In this document: one piece after another, positions 13,442 through 26,333 of the stretch
Layout of the letters: each line of letters begins with the position of its first letter
Numbering within the stretch: the stretch's first letter is position 1
Source of the DNA: Octopus sinensis
Taxonomy: Eukaryota
Assembly (NCBI RefSeq): GCF_006345805.1
Contig: NC_042999.1
Location: 54,560,001-54,624,000, forward strand
Direction of reading: 5' to 3'
Length of the DNA: 64,000 nucleotides
Notes under the pieces: generated by a model
Seen by the model: only the letters and a program-made list of their open reading frames with translations
What the model was told of the DNA's origin: nothing
Databases searched by the model: none
Position numbers and translations under genes: made by a program

Positions 13442-13989
13442 GAGTGAGAGAGCAGTTCATGCCATCAAAGTGACACTGGGGTAAAATATACGAAGCCCAA
13501 TATACCCATCATGACTACCCGTCTGATAAGGGTACACCAGGCTCATGCATCACAACCATATGTGCGCGACATGGTGATCTCATATCAAGATAAACAGCAC
13601 ATGACCTTGCAGGTGGGGCCCAGTTAGAATTTTCTTCAGGTTGAGTAGCCCATCCCGCTCAAAAGGTCCCTGAATAAGGGTTGTTTAAGGATGTTGAAAA
13701 AACCACCCATGTTTCCAGAGGTGAACTATTCAAACCCCAAAGAATCCCTCTCAACACATGGCTATGATGCTCCCCCACTACTTCTGCTCGTGATCAGAGA
13801 TGCACATATCGTCAGCCACTAAGGGACATGCTCAACTGGTTAAGGTCAAACAACTGACAAGCAAATCTGTGGTATTGAGCAGAATATTTGCTGTAGCCCA
13901 TCTTTTATACCAAGACAAAACAATGTACATGTTTTCAGTCAATTAAGATCAGAAGCCATGAGAGCTATTGCCTGGTACTGCATCAGGGC

Positions 13990-14045
<56 letters not shown>

Positions 14046-14099
14046 TCACTGCCTGGAATCGAAGTCAGAAACTTGGGGTTAGTAACCCGCGCTCTTAAC
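13229..14099 (-). mobile_element. tRNA-head/(AAT)n/hammerhead-tail SINE, inverted copy interrupted by repeat D
   Basis: Head at 14040-14099 and tail at 13229-13370 are reverse-complement homologues of 14096-14315. Confidence 0.7.
13441..13991 (+). mobile_element. Most complete copy of ~550-bp non-coding repeat D, in (ATT)n
   Basis: Sharp boundaries within ATT arrays; other copies at 3575, 14375, 19143 and 55940; no ORF, TIR or pol III boxes seen. Confidence 0.85.
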
Positions 14100-14346
14100 T
14101 CCAAGATTCCGAGTTCGATTCCAGGCAGTGGCCCGAATAATAATAATAATGATAATAATAATAATAATAATATCGAAAAATACCTTTTGGATGAGAACCC
14201 ATACTCGAAATTTTCCCCAAGACACCTAATGAAGGCTGGTGGGTATATCAGCCGAAATGTTGTGTTAACAACAAACAAGATGAGGACAAATATCCGTCAA
14301 ATGTAAATAATGTACATAATTCCTCCTCTCTTAAATATAAAACTGT

Positions 14347-14347
<1 letters not shown>
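14096..14347 (+). mobile_element. tRNA-head/(AAT)n/hammerhead-tail SINE, forward copy
   Basis: B box gagttcgattcc; AAT spacer; hammerhead-like GACAC-CTAATGA-A-GGCTG-loop-CAGCC-GAAAT-GTT-GTGTT at 14221-14266. Confidence 0.7.
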
Positions 14348-14374
<27 letters not shown>

Positions 14375-14377
<3 letters not shown>

Positions 14378-14740
14378 CCTGATGCAATACCAGCCACTGG
14401 CTCCCATGGTTTCTGATCTTAATTGATGTAAAAGATAAAATATTCTGCTCAGTACCACAGATTTTCTTTCCAGTTGCTTGACCCTAACTGTTCGAGCATG
14501 TCCCTTGGTGGCTGACGATATGTGCACCTCTGATCATAGGCACGTGTGTTCAGAGGAATCTTTTGGGTTTGTCCTGAAACAACCCTTATTCAGGGACCTT
14601 TTGAGCGGGATGGGTATCTCGACCGGAAGAAAATTCTAACTGGGCCCTACCTGTAAGGTCATGCGCCGTTTGCCTTGATATAAGATCGCCATGTCGCGCA
14701 CATATGGTTGTGATGCATGTGTCTGGTGTACCATGATCAA
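14375..14740 (-). mobile_element. Repeat D, diverged reverse copy
   Basis: Reverse complement of ~13515-13990 with deletions. Confidence 0.8.
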
Positions 14741-14933
14741 GAAAGGTAGTGACAAATTTTTTGACCAGATCCCTACGAAAGCAACAGTCTGAGATTCAAA
14801 ACAGTGTGTTGACATCAGCAGCCCGCATTCTCAGGAAGTTTCTCTCCATCTGATATATACGTGCCTTAGGTCTCTGGTTGAGACCCTGCCGGAAGATGAA
14901 ATAAAATGCAAATCAATCGGAAAAAGCAATAAC

Positions 14934-14970
<37 letters not shown>

Positions 14971-15370
14971 GTGGTGGTCGACAAGATGCATCATATGTGC
15001 TATATAGTTGATGTTGCATGCCCCTTTCACTCACGAATAGTCAAGAAGGAAGGCGAAAAAATAGATAAGTGCAACCCTCTTAAGTACGAAATAGCCCGGC
15101 TATGGAAAATGAAGAAGGTGAAGATAGTGCCAATTATTGTTGGGTGCTTCGGAACAGTATCAGAAAGCATCAAGGAGAATGTAAAGGAAACTGGAATAGT
15201 GCCCAGTAGAACTATTACAAAAGCTTGGCCTCCTTGGCACAATAATGGGAAAAGTATTAGATAACTGAAAAGAGCGAATACCATGGTACCGTAGGATAGA
15301 GGTAGTAAGCGCATTACTCATGCAAGACTCCAGGAGCTCCAACAAAACCTGTGATAGAAAAAAAATAATA
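14733..15370 (+). mobile_element. Two head-to-tail R4/Dong-like 3' fragments separated by (AAT)n
   Basis: MIKKGSDKFFDQIP..EIQNSVLTSAARILRKFLSI* and CYIVDVACPF..KIDKCNPLKYEIARLWKMKKVKIVPIIVG. Confidence 0.8.
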
Positions 15371-15444
15371 ATGATAATATTTAATTTATTTGCCACCAGG
15401 GCGAAGGGTGGAAAATATATGAAATCATTATTACTGTTGTTATT

Positions 15445-17690
15445 TACATTTAATTTGCATGTTTGTTACAATCACTTGCCGAGGCACACCCAGTGTCCTA
15501 GGGTGAGTGAAGGATAAGTTTGACTGAAAGCTTGAGGAGGTGAAGTGACAGGGGCAGCAGCAAAATATCTCTATGTAATACAACACAAACATTTAAATTG
15601 ACAGGGTTTTTCTAAGGATGTGGGCAATACTTGTCACCACAATCTTTTGGATTTCTCTGAGACATAGTTCTCTTGGGATCTTATCTAGTTGTTTCTGACA
15701 TCCCTTTTTTTATCATACCAAGGGCACCCACAATAACAGAAACACTTCACACTTTAATATGCCACATCTTTTGTATTTCAATTTCCAGGTCCTTATATTT
15801 ACTTTATTTGTCAAATTCCTTTACAGATATATTTTTTATCAGTAGGAACACTTGCATCTACAAGTATTTCTAATGACTATGTCAGGTCGATTAGCCTGGA
15901 TCATTCTGTCGTTGTTGACTAGAAAATCCCAGAGGATAGTGACATCTTTACCTTGAACGACTGGCTCAGGATGATGTTCATACCTGTAAGCAGAAGAGCC
16001 GATTTTATTGTATTTACATATTTTGCAATGTAAATACTGTCCTAGCGATTTTTGCATTCGTTGAAAGTCAGCACAGGACATCTTGAGACGATATGATCTA
16101 TTGTTTCGTCAAATGTATCGCAGAATCTGCATTTAGGGTCAGAACCGTTTTGAAGAACGTTAGCCTGGTAGTTTTTTGTAAGCAAGCTTTGATCTTGTGC
16201 CGCCAATATGAAACCTTCAGTGTCTGCTTTCAGTCCTGAACTTCTTAGCCACTGATGGGTTGTTTGATCTACATCAGCATTTCGACTTCGAAGTGTATAC
16301 TTTCCATGCAGAAGCGTCTGGCTCCATCGCACCTCAATTTGTTTCTGTCTGTTCTTTTTTGCAGTCTGCTTGATTCGTTTTGCTTGTTTTGTGGCAGTGG
16401 TTTCAGGTTCTTCAGCTATTTCAGGATTAATGCCAAGTTCCTTTGTGAATTTGCAAGCTTCCTTGACAATCAAATGTGATTTTTTTTTTGCTGCTTTCGT
16501 GTTTCCACACAAGTCACAGGCCCCGGTCCTCTGTACTAAATAAGTACCTGCTCATTGCTATTGTGGAGGTCTTATAGCACAGTTCTGCCTGCATCATTCC
16601 TCTTCCCCCATTACTTCTCTCTTGACCAGAAATGGCCTGAACTCTTTGCATGAACACCCCTGTACATAACTCCATGTCCCCCTACATGGCCTTGCTTTTT
16701 GCTTTTTGAGCCAAAATACTAACTTAACTTAACTATTAACTTAACTTAACTTCTAGGGAGGTACAGATGATCAACATCTGCTTTTGGGTGGTCCATGTTC
16801 TTAGAAGTTACTATTTTTCTTGTTTTCCTGTCCAGGTGTTGGAACTCTGTAAGATTCCAGTTAGTAATGTTAAAACTATATTGGACTACTGGAAGTTCCA
16901 GGGTGTTAATGGCTTCCATGCGATTTTTGAAGTTGAGTTCAGTCTTTAGTAATACCCCTTTCTTATTAGCAGTACTCGTTTTTCATTTTACCTTCATAGT
17001 AACATGTTTTATACCTTCTCCTTCGTGTATCCCCAGGTATTTATAACTTTCTTGTGGGTCAAGCTCCTTGATGGCAGCGTCAGTATCTAATTTAATGGAA
17101 GCCGTTTGCCTGAGCTTACCTCTTACCAAAGTTGCTTTAGCACACCTATCAAGGCCAAAGTCCTTTTTGATGTCATTGCTGAATTCTTCAATACTTGCTG
17201 GCAGCCCTACTAGTTTTTCGTCATTTCTAGCAAACAGCTTCAGATCGTCCATATAAAACAGATGGCTTATTGTATTATAAACTTTGAACTCATACCTGGT
17301 GTTATTCAGTTCGTTTGAGAGTGGGATCAGTGCCATGCAAAAGAGTAATGGGGAGAGGGAGTCGCCTTGAAAGATGCCTCGTTTGATGTTGATGTTTTTA
17401 GATTGGTTCATCCCAATACTATGGATCAGAAGGAGAGCTGTGGAACACAGCTATGCTACCTAGTAATAATTTGGAAACGACAGGAGAGATCTTATATATC
17501 TCAAGGGCCTCGAGTAGCCTATTATGTGGGACACTATCCTGTAGGCTATCCATGTCCTACTCAGGTTCAATTTGCTCGAGCAGTTCTTTACAATCATTTT
17601 AATTATAAGTAATGGATCTTCGCATCCATAAGAATTCCTTTTAGTCTTTTTGAGTTTGTGGAAGTATAGACTTCTGTTCATGGAAAGCGT
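15445..17690 (-). pseudogene. R4/Dong-like LINE: decayed RT, CCHC and REL domains
   Basis: KRGIFQGDSLSPLLF, HLFYMDDLKLF, ETEG-like DTEGFILAAQDQ, CRFC..ETIDHIVSRC, NRPDIVI; multiple stops and frameshifts. Confidence 0.9.
16619..16748 (+). mobile_element. Short retroposed insert with (AACTT)n tail inside the R4 ORF
   Basis: acttct duplicated at 16613-16618 and 16749-16754; the R4 reading (LYLPR|SNGGRG) rejoins on removal. Confidence 0.65.
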
Positions 17691-17725
17691 ATATTCTTTC
17701 TGTTATTATGGATGTAAGGATCTTG

Positions 17726-19135
17726 TAGGTGGTGTTGAGACATGTAAAGGTAGGTGAAATGCACCTCCGTCTCCGAGACACCGCACGCTCCGATCAGTTC
17801 GGCGAAGTGCTGCTGAAACTCTGTACACATCTGCTTGGATTCGTGTAGCATATGCCCGACCTGGCCCATCAAAGATCAAATTGTGAATTTGTTACTACGT
17901 CGCACCTCTGCCACCTGGGCCCATCGAACGGCTTTCGCCCCCTCATGTTTTAGAGCACCCGCCCTAGCTCTGACAACGCAACCTTCATGCTTGGCATCGA
18001 AGTCTTGATCAAGAGCCAATCTGGCCGCCGTTACGTCAGTCGCGATGCCGCTCCTAACCGCCTCTTCTAGCTTTCTAACCATCTCCCCCTCTATACTAGA
18101 TCCCCCTAAGGCTATTTCCTTACTAAATCCTACTGCTTCTATTCTAATAGCCCTTTTCAGGGCTACACCAACGGTTGTTGACGATTGCGCCCTCCAGCTT
18201 CTGATGAACTAGCTTGCTAACTCGGTTTCTGGATACCTGATGCGCTGGGGAAAAGGCATTCAACTTCCAGTACTCAGGACCCTGCCTATGGATCTTATCT
18301 ATTTCGACTGTACAGATCACAAATTTATGGTCTGTGTAGCCGACGACTGTGAACTGTGGACAACCTATGCTACTTCCATCTATTGGCCTACAGAAAAGCC
18401 TATCTAAATATGATCTGGAAGACCTGTGCTGTTTGCCCATGTCCACATTGGCGCATTCGGGAAGTCAAGTTGGTACCTGTGAGCCAATTAGAAATGACTG
18501 AGCAGGTATCCGAGGCTTTTGCATCCCTCTCCCTTATCGGCTAGTCTCACCCTATCCAAGTGTGGATCCAAAATGGTGTTCCAATCGCCCACTAAAACTA
18601 AAGATCGAGATGTTCCAAGGAAAATCTCCAAGCGTCTGAAGAAATCTAGCTGCCCTGCTCCAGTTGGGGCGTACAAAGCATGAAAGCACCACGTTCCCTG
18701 TTGTTCACATCCAGGACCACCAACTTACTTTCCGGGTCCAGTTAGATCGTCCGTACTTCGAGATCCAGACTTTTTCTAAACAACACTGCCCCTCGCTCCC
18801 CGCATTCCAGGCCGACTAAGAGAGGCATAGATCTTGAAATCGTCAAAAATAGGAGCCAGATCGCGTGTGTCGGAAATCCTGGTTTTGCTGACGGCTGTCA
18901 CATCATTAGTGACCTGAGGTTTTGAGCAGATTACCCTGCTTCTAGGACGACCCCAAGCCACGAATATTTAAACCACCTACTCTTAAACACCCCATGATAA
19001 TCGGACAGAATTTCGAGGAGACACAAAGACGCGTCTACTTACCATTAGGGTGTCGCTGGAAATCAGGTGGCTCAACGTCCATGTGTTGTTGGGGTTCTTC
19101 TGGGAACTCCTTTAAAAGCCTACTCGTGATCTTTT
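17726..19135 (-). pseudogene. Tx1/L1-clade LINE: ORF1 end and ORF2 AP-endonuclease domain
   Basis: MGCLRVGGLNIRGL (ATG ~18995), YAPT, LVGDWN, SYLDR, TDH, YWKLN motifs; frameshifted. Confidence 0.85.
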
Positions 19136-19142
19136 ACATTAG

Positions 19143-19385
19143 GCCCTGATGCAGTACCAGGCACTGGCTCTCATGGCTTCTGATCTTAACTGATTGGAAG
19201 TGTTATCATATACATTGTTTTGTCTTGGTATAAAAGATGGGCTACAGCAAATATTCTGCTCAATACCACAGATTTATTTATCAGTTGTTTGACCTTAACC
19301 AGTTGAGAATGTCCCTTAGTGGCTGACCATATGTGCATCTCTGATCACGAGGAGAAGTTGTATTGGGGAGCATCATAGCATTTTG
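19143..19385 (-). mobile_element. Repeat D, partial
   Basis: Reverse complement of ~13760-13990. Confidence 0.8.
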
Positions 19386-20047
19386 AGTGTTGTGGTAAGA
19401 GCAGCAATTGCCACAGGAACAGCTGTTATATTAGTTTTCCCATCAAAACTATTCATCTCCCTCACTAGGTCCCTCCTCTCTCTTTCTCACACACACACAC
19501 ACTTCCTGCGCTCTTTCTCTCTCCCATCGCTCTCTTTTTCTCTATCTTTCTCTGTAACCCTTCTCACTCTCTCATTCCCTCACTCTCTCTCTCTCTCTCT
19601 ATCTCTCCTTGAAACATTGAAACATAAATGATTTTACATAATGTATACAAATCTTGTTAATCTTCAAATGACATACATAATATATACACACACACACATA
19701 TACACACATACACACACACACCCATGTGTTCTCTTTCTCCCTTTCTCACCCCCTCTCTCTCAATAAATATGTATGTTTATAAATAAATATATATACACAC
19801 ACACATACCTACATGTATGTATGTATGTATGTATGTATGTATGTATGTTTGTATATACTTCGCTCTGTCAGCCCTGCACGCTGACCTTTTCCTTCAGGTG
19901 TGAACACGTGTACACACACCACCGCCTTCTGCGAATTCCCATACAAACCAGCAATTTTTTTCCTACACTCACATATAAACGCAAGAAAAGTCAAAAACAT
20001 TCACAGATGGAAATATGCGTACACATCTACACACATACTGATACACC

Positions 20048-20098
<51 letters not shown>

Positions 20099-20247
20099 AT
20101 ATATTTACGGCGGGCTTCTTTCAGTTTCCGTCTACTAAATCCACTCAAGAGCTCGGTCGGTAGAAGACACTTGCCAAGGTGTCACGCAGTGGGACTGAAC
20201 GCGGAACCATGTGGTTAAGAAGATCTTACCACACAGCCACGCCTGCA

Positions 20248-20308
<61 letters not shown>

Positions 20309-20849
20309 GCACGCACACACACACACACACACATATATACGCATATACATATTTACATTTATAAATATATGTGTGTAAATGTGTGGGGGGGGTGTATGCC
20401 TATATATACATATACATGTATGTGTATGTGCATACACATATATCCACGAACAAAAACACAAGATGTTACATATATATATATATACGCTGGAAAACTTATT
20501 TCAGAACAAGTTTATTCTCACCTCCGTCCCTATTATTCATCTATTATTTTTTCTTATTGTTATTATTACATTCTCACCAAGGCTTGTTCAGAACGTTAAT
20601 TAAGATCTTTTGTTAAACACCGACCCCTAGGGGAAACAACAATGTCGACTGGAACTTGTTTATAATTCACGGTTGATTGTATTAGACTACTGTTACGATG
20701 GCGATAGTATCCGCACAACGACGGTACCTCTATGTGGACAGTCTCTCAGCTAGAAACATCAACCGACTTTCCTCAAAATCCCATTGTGACAACTTCGTGT
20801 TAGTACAATAACACTGACTACCAATATGCGTACGCATTCATTTATTCTT

Positions 20850-21051
20850 GATTCGGTCATTTGACTGCGGCCATGCTGGAGCACCGCCTTTAGTCGAGCA
20901 AACCGACACCAGAGCTTATTCTTTTGTAAGTCTAGTACTTATTCTATCGGTCTCTTTTGTCGAACCGCTAGGTTACAGGGACGTAAAAACACCAGCATCG
21001 GATGCCAAGTGATGATGGGGAACAAACACAGACACACATACACACACACAC

Positions 21052-21100
<49 letters not shown>

Positions 21101-21243
21101 CGACGGGCTTCTTCCAGTTTCCGTCTACCAAATCGACTCACAAGGCTATAGCAGAAGACACTTGCCCAAGGTGCACGCTGTGTGACTGAACCCGGTACCA
21201 TGTGGTTGATAAGCAAGCTACCTACCACCAGCCACTCCTGCGC
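20850..21243 (-). mobile_element. SINE family A
   Basis: Homologous to 8003-8410; a partial copy also lies at 20105-20250. Confidence 0.85.
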
Positions 21244-21331
21244 ATGTATATATATATATAATGCGTGTATATGTACATGTAGAGGTAGGTACGTACATAT
21301 ATATTTATATATATGCATATGTTCTTTTATT

Positions 21332-21364
<33 letters not shown>

Positions 21365-21366
<2 letters not shown>

Positions 21367-21700
21367 ATCCTGGGATCGAGGTGTAGGAAGAAAGTTAGCT
21401 TCAAGCAATCAGTAAACAACATTCAGGGACAATAATGGTTTATTGAGACGGAAGGTTGTGGTTTCTTTTTTTTTTTCTTTTCGTATCGAAGTACAATAAA
21501 CTGAAAAAGTTCTTTTTATATTTCACGGTAGGCGACCAGGGTTGTCGGGTATACGAATAAGAATACTAGAGATACCCTTGGCCTGAAGAGTAGTCAGCAG
21601 TATACACCTCGCTTGGATATTTACCATTTCTGGGGTTCCGCTCGCTATGAAACATATGTTGCCCGGATCTTATCTACTCCATTCCTTAACTCTTTATAAT
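21365..21700 (+). mobile_element. Penelope-derived element in (TA)n with type I hammerhead
   Basis: Unique sequence between TA tracts containing the hammerhead motif at 21580-21663. Confidence 0.6.
21580..21663 (+). ncRNA. Type I hammerhead ribozyme motif with extended stem II
   Basis: GGC-CTGAAGA-GTAG...CTAT-GAAAC-ATAT-GTT-GCC; palindromic stem III AACATATGTT. Confidence 0.6.
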
Positions 21701-21754
<54 letters not shown>

Positions 21755-21755
<1 letters not shown>

Positions 21756-22025
21756 CAAAATAAGAAAATGGAAGAATACACTTTAATCAATAATCAACTA
21801 CCCGATAATACCCATTCACATAATTTATCAACCAACTACATATGAACATCAAGATCAAACACAATAATACAGAACAAAACAGTGCACATCAATGAGTAAT
21901 ATAATACAATAAGTACAATACGTATAAATAAATATAAATATAAACTATATCTTACAGCTGTTTCAGCCATGTAGATATGAGTATCTCATTATACTCATAT
22001 TAGCCAGGTGTGCTAAGTTAATATA
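21755..22025 (-). mobile_element. Penelope-like 3' terminal remnant
   Basis: Minus 21951-21968 ggctGAAAC-AGCT-GTAag is the 3' half of a hammerhead; the 5' half is absent; flanked by (TA)n. Confidence 0.45.
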
Positions 22026-22868
<843 letters not shown>

Positions 22869-23429
22869 TGAAACTCTTGTAAAGAATACAATATAGAATA
22901 TTCCGAGAAATTCCATGACTGACTCGAGATTCCAAAGAAGAAAGCTGTAAGCATCAGGTGATGCAAAGTTTAGAATCGGTTTTTATATCTAAAGGTGAAA
23001 AATTGCGTTGAATATGGAATATTCCTTAGAATATTCTAAAAAGGATGTCAGGTTTTAAAACAATTAATTAGGCCCCAATACAGCCTTAAACTTCGGTTAT
23101 TATTGGTTAGTGAAATTAAGTTCGGCCTCAATTTCTGCTTTTCCGAAATATATGATGGTTTTACCATACAATTGGTGTCTCCCTATATTTATTTTGATGG
23201 AAGATTCTTCACACAAAAAAAAGATTACAGAAAAAGTAAATAAAACTAAAACGAAGGCATTAATAGTTTTCCAGTCAGGTTTTAATATTTTAGCAGAAGC
23301 TGGCCATCTGTGAAAACATCCCACACACGATTAATTCGTTGGTTGTTTTTTCTGTTTGGCCGTAGAAGAAGCTTATCTTATATAAAACATCCACAACGGT
23401 CATATTTATGTTGTGTTAATTATTTAACT

Positions 23430-23630
23430 TTAAGTCAGTTTTGATAGAGTAGACATTCCAGCAGTGACCATCCTGTAGCAAAATATATAAAACTTCAATA
23501 GCTGCGCTCTTTTTGTTTATTGTTGTTTTGCTTTAAGTCGCCCTGACCGCCGGAGTGTTTCATCTGTCCTTCAAGATAATGAAATATGGCGGGAGGGATA
23601 TTGCTATTTCTAGCGAACCCAGCGAAATGA
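23430..23630 (+). repeat. Old dispersed repeat family (representative copy)
   Basis: Motifs acattccagc..tgaccatc and tggctgctatttctagc recur at ~770, 3090, 11500, 24240, 25840, 26510, 35590, 37940, 38770, 40870 and 47900. Confidence 0.55.
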
Positions 23631-24529
23631 AGGGTCTATATTAAAAATGTATTAATAAGATAATACTGCCATGGGGCAGAGAGCTGGCAGAACCGTTAGC
23701 ACGCCGGTCGAGATGCTCAGCTGTATTTCTTCCAGCTCTTTACAGTATGAGTTCAACTTCCCCCGAGGTCGATTTTTGCTTTTCATTCTTTCGGAGCCTA
23801 GAAAATACCAGTTTAGTATTAGGGTCGATATAAGTGACTAACGTCTTACCCAAAATTTCAAGCCTTGTTTATAGTAAAAAGTCTATAAATATTGCCATGG
23901 AAGAGCCAATTTAGCCCTTTTTTTATTATTCCTTGAGATGTCAAAATCGTCGTTACACGTCTGTACCCTGTTCACACACGCATTTCCGCTGGATCTGTTG
24001 AAAATTAGTTTCTGGCGAGTTTTTTATATGCTTCAGCATGTTTTCTTTACACTCTATTTAAACTGTGGGACATTCGGATCAACTGCACAGTTGTTGTTTA
24101 ACATTTTGACGCGGGCCAACTTGGGCCACTTGCCTTCCCCTATCACTCACACACACACACACACACTGGTACCATGTGGAAAAGCCGCCAATCATTCGAA
24201 CTCACAAGGGAGATTCGAAGGAATCACTCCACCTGCTTTGAATAGCAGCCAAATCTCCCTCAAATTGTACTATGCCATCTTAAGCATGCATTGTAGAGTA
24301 TAAACTCTGATACATAAATTTACAGGATGGTCACGTCTGAAACGATTTTGATCGCAGGTAAGCTCTATCATAGTGACCCAGTGTTAGAAAACAAAGTCTA
24401 TAAGTGGTGCAGCCATAGTCTTAATAATTTTACTGCTATTAGCATCAAATCTGACCCTGCTGATTCTCTCTCTCCTTATAGATATGTATGCTTGTATGTA
24501 TACGTATGTATACGCATATATACTTATAC

Positions 24530-24599
<70 letters not shown>

Positions 24600-25145
24600 G
24601 ATCAGGTCAGGTATGCAAGGGTATGCAACTTTGCAGCGCTTTGCTGCATTCACCATTTGTCCGTATATTCCTGGGTTCTTGCGGGTGACCAATTAAGCGG
24701 AGTCCCAGTCAGCCTCCCTATCTTCGCGAGATACCTCTTCATCGGCTGTATGGGAATCGGTATGCTAAGGAATAGACCCAACGTCTCTTCAGCGTGCCGC
24801 AAATGGCGACTAAAAGAGTTCAAGGAAGGATCTGCAACCCAACCTTGCAAAAACCCTCACCAGCAACAACCTTTTCTACAAATACCCAAACTTCTCCCCT
24901 CAGAGGAAGCATATGAACTGCCCTTTAAAGCCCGTTGTATGAAACGATTGGGGCAAAGCCATAAGGAACCCCATCCGCCGAACAGGGAAAACCCAAGAGG
25001 TCAGGATGGGTTGGAGTGCTGCCGCCTGAATGATGCAAAGCTGTCATCCGTTAGGTGTGGGAAATCTCGGTTCAATTTGTGGAAGCCTATTTGGGTGGGA
25101 ACCCGGAATTTTCTCTTTCTGAGGGATGATTCCTGTCTGTCCCTA
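24600..25145 (+). mobile_element. GC-richer insert in TA tracts, resembling an RTE 5' UTR
   Basis: gcgtgccgcaaatggcgactaaaag hairpin then gcaacccaaccttgcaaaaa; resemblance to RTE 5' UTRs is recalled, not searched. Confidence 0.35.
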
Positions 25146-26210
25146 GATACATATACATATAAATGTGTGTGCATATATATATATATATATATGTGTGTGT
25201 GTAGATACATACACGCAGACCTACAAATTCATGGAACGACATGATAGAGCATCTCCCCGGTTCCTTTGATTCTCATTCTTCATTTTATTGCACTCAATGT
25301 TTACCATCTTTAAGGTGGCGCGCTAGTAGAACCTTTATCATACCCGGATATATGTGTAGCGGCAGTTCGTTTGTCTTCATGTTCTGAATTCAAACTCCAC
25401 TGAAGTCGACTTTGCCTTTCATCGTTTTGGAGTCGATAAAATAAATACCAGTTGAACACTAGGTGATCAGCTTACCCCCTCCCCCGAAATTGCTAGCCTT
25501 ATGCCAAAATTTGAAATCAATATTTACCATCTTAAACCCAATAAATCAGTCGTAATCGATCACCTTATCTATCATATTCAGCCTCTTTTTTGCATACACC
25601 CTCTCCTCTTCCTCCTCCACACACCACCAGCCAATCACTTATTTGGACTTCTGCATCATCAAAGCCCTTCAAGCACAAATCAGATTGGTAGCTTCTACTT
25701 GAGTGTTCGACCTGTATAAAATAGAACCTTAATGTCCCTCAAATCAGATCCTTACATTCTTCAGATAAAAAAAAATAACGTTGGAAACGGAAACATTAGA
25801 TAACTTAATTCAAGATGCACTGACTTGAAGTTAAGACAAGATGGTCGTGGCTGGAGTTCTTTTGATCATATATCTGCTGTTTCAGAACTCTCTTGGGACC
25901 GAGCAATAATCGCTGTGGCACAAGAAGAGTCTGGCAAAGTTTCTAGTCTGACTCCATCTGATTCTCATCTTTTGGCAAAGTAATTTCCAGTCAAACCGCG
26001 CCGTCCCAGCGTGTGTCGACGAGCAGCGTTTTCACTCATATTCTATTAACGTTCTTCTGCTTCTGTCTTCGATACAACACATTCCTTTGCCAATTCCTTT
26101 AACAAGCTTTTAGCTTCTTCTTTTTTTTTGCACAAAAATATTATTTTTGCATTTCTTTAATGGAAACAATTCAGGAACGACAGTTCTGTTGGTAGACACG
26201 ATTACTCTGA

Positions 26211-26242
<32 letters not shown>

Positions 26243-26298
26243 TGGTAGTGGTGTTAGTAGTAGTAGTAGTAGTAGTAGTGGTAGTGGTAGTGGTAGTG

Positions 26299-26333
<35 letters not shown>

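Noticed and set aside
16716-16752. Telomeric repeat
   Set aside because: (AACTT)n is not TTAGGG/TTAGG and is the tail of an insert with a TSD.
24327-25244. 305-aa ORF
   Set aside because: Crosses an old repeat, TA tracts and a separate insert; no recognisable domain.
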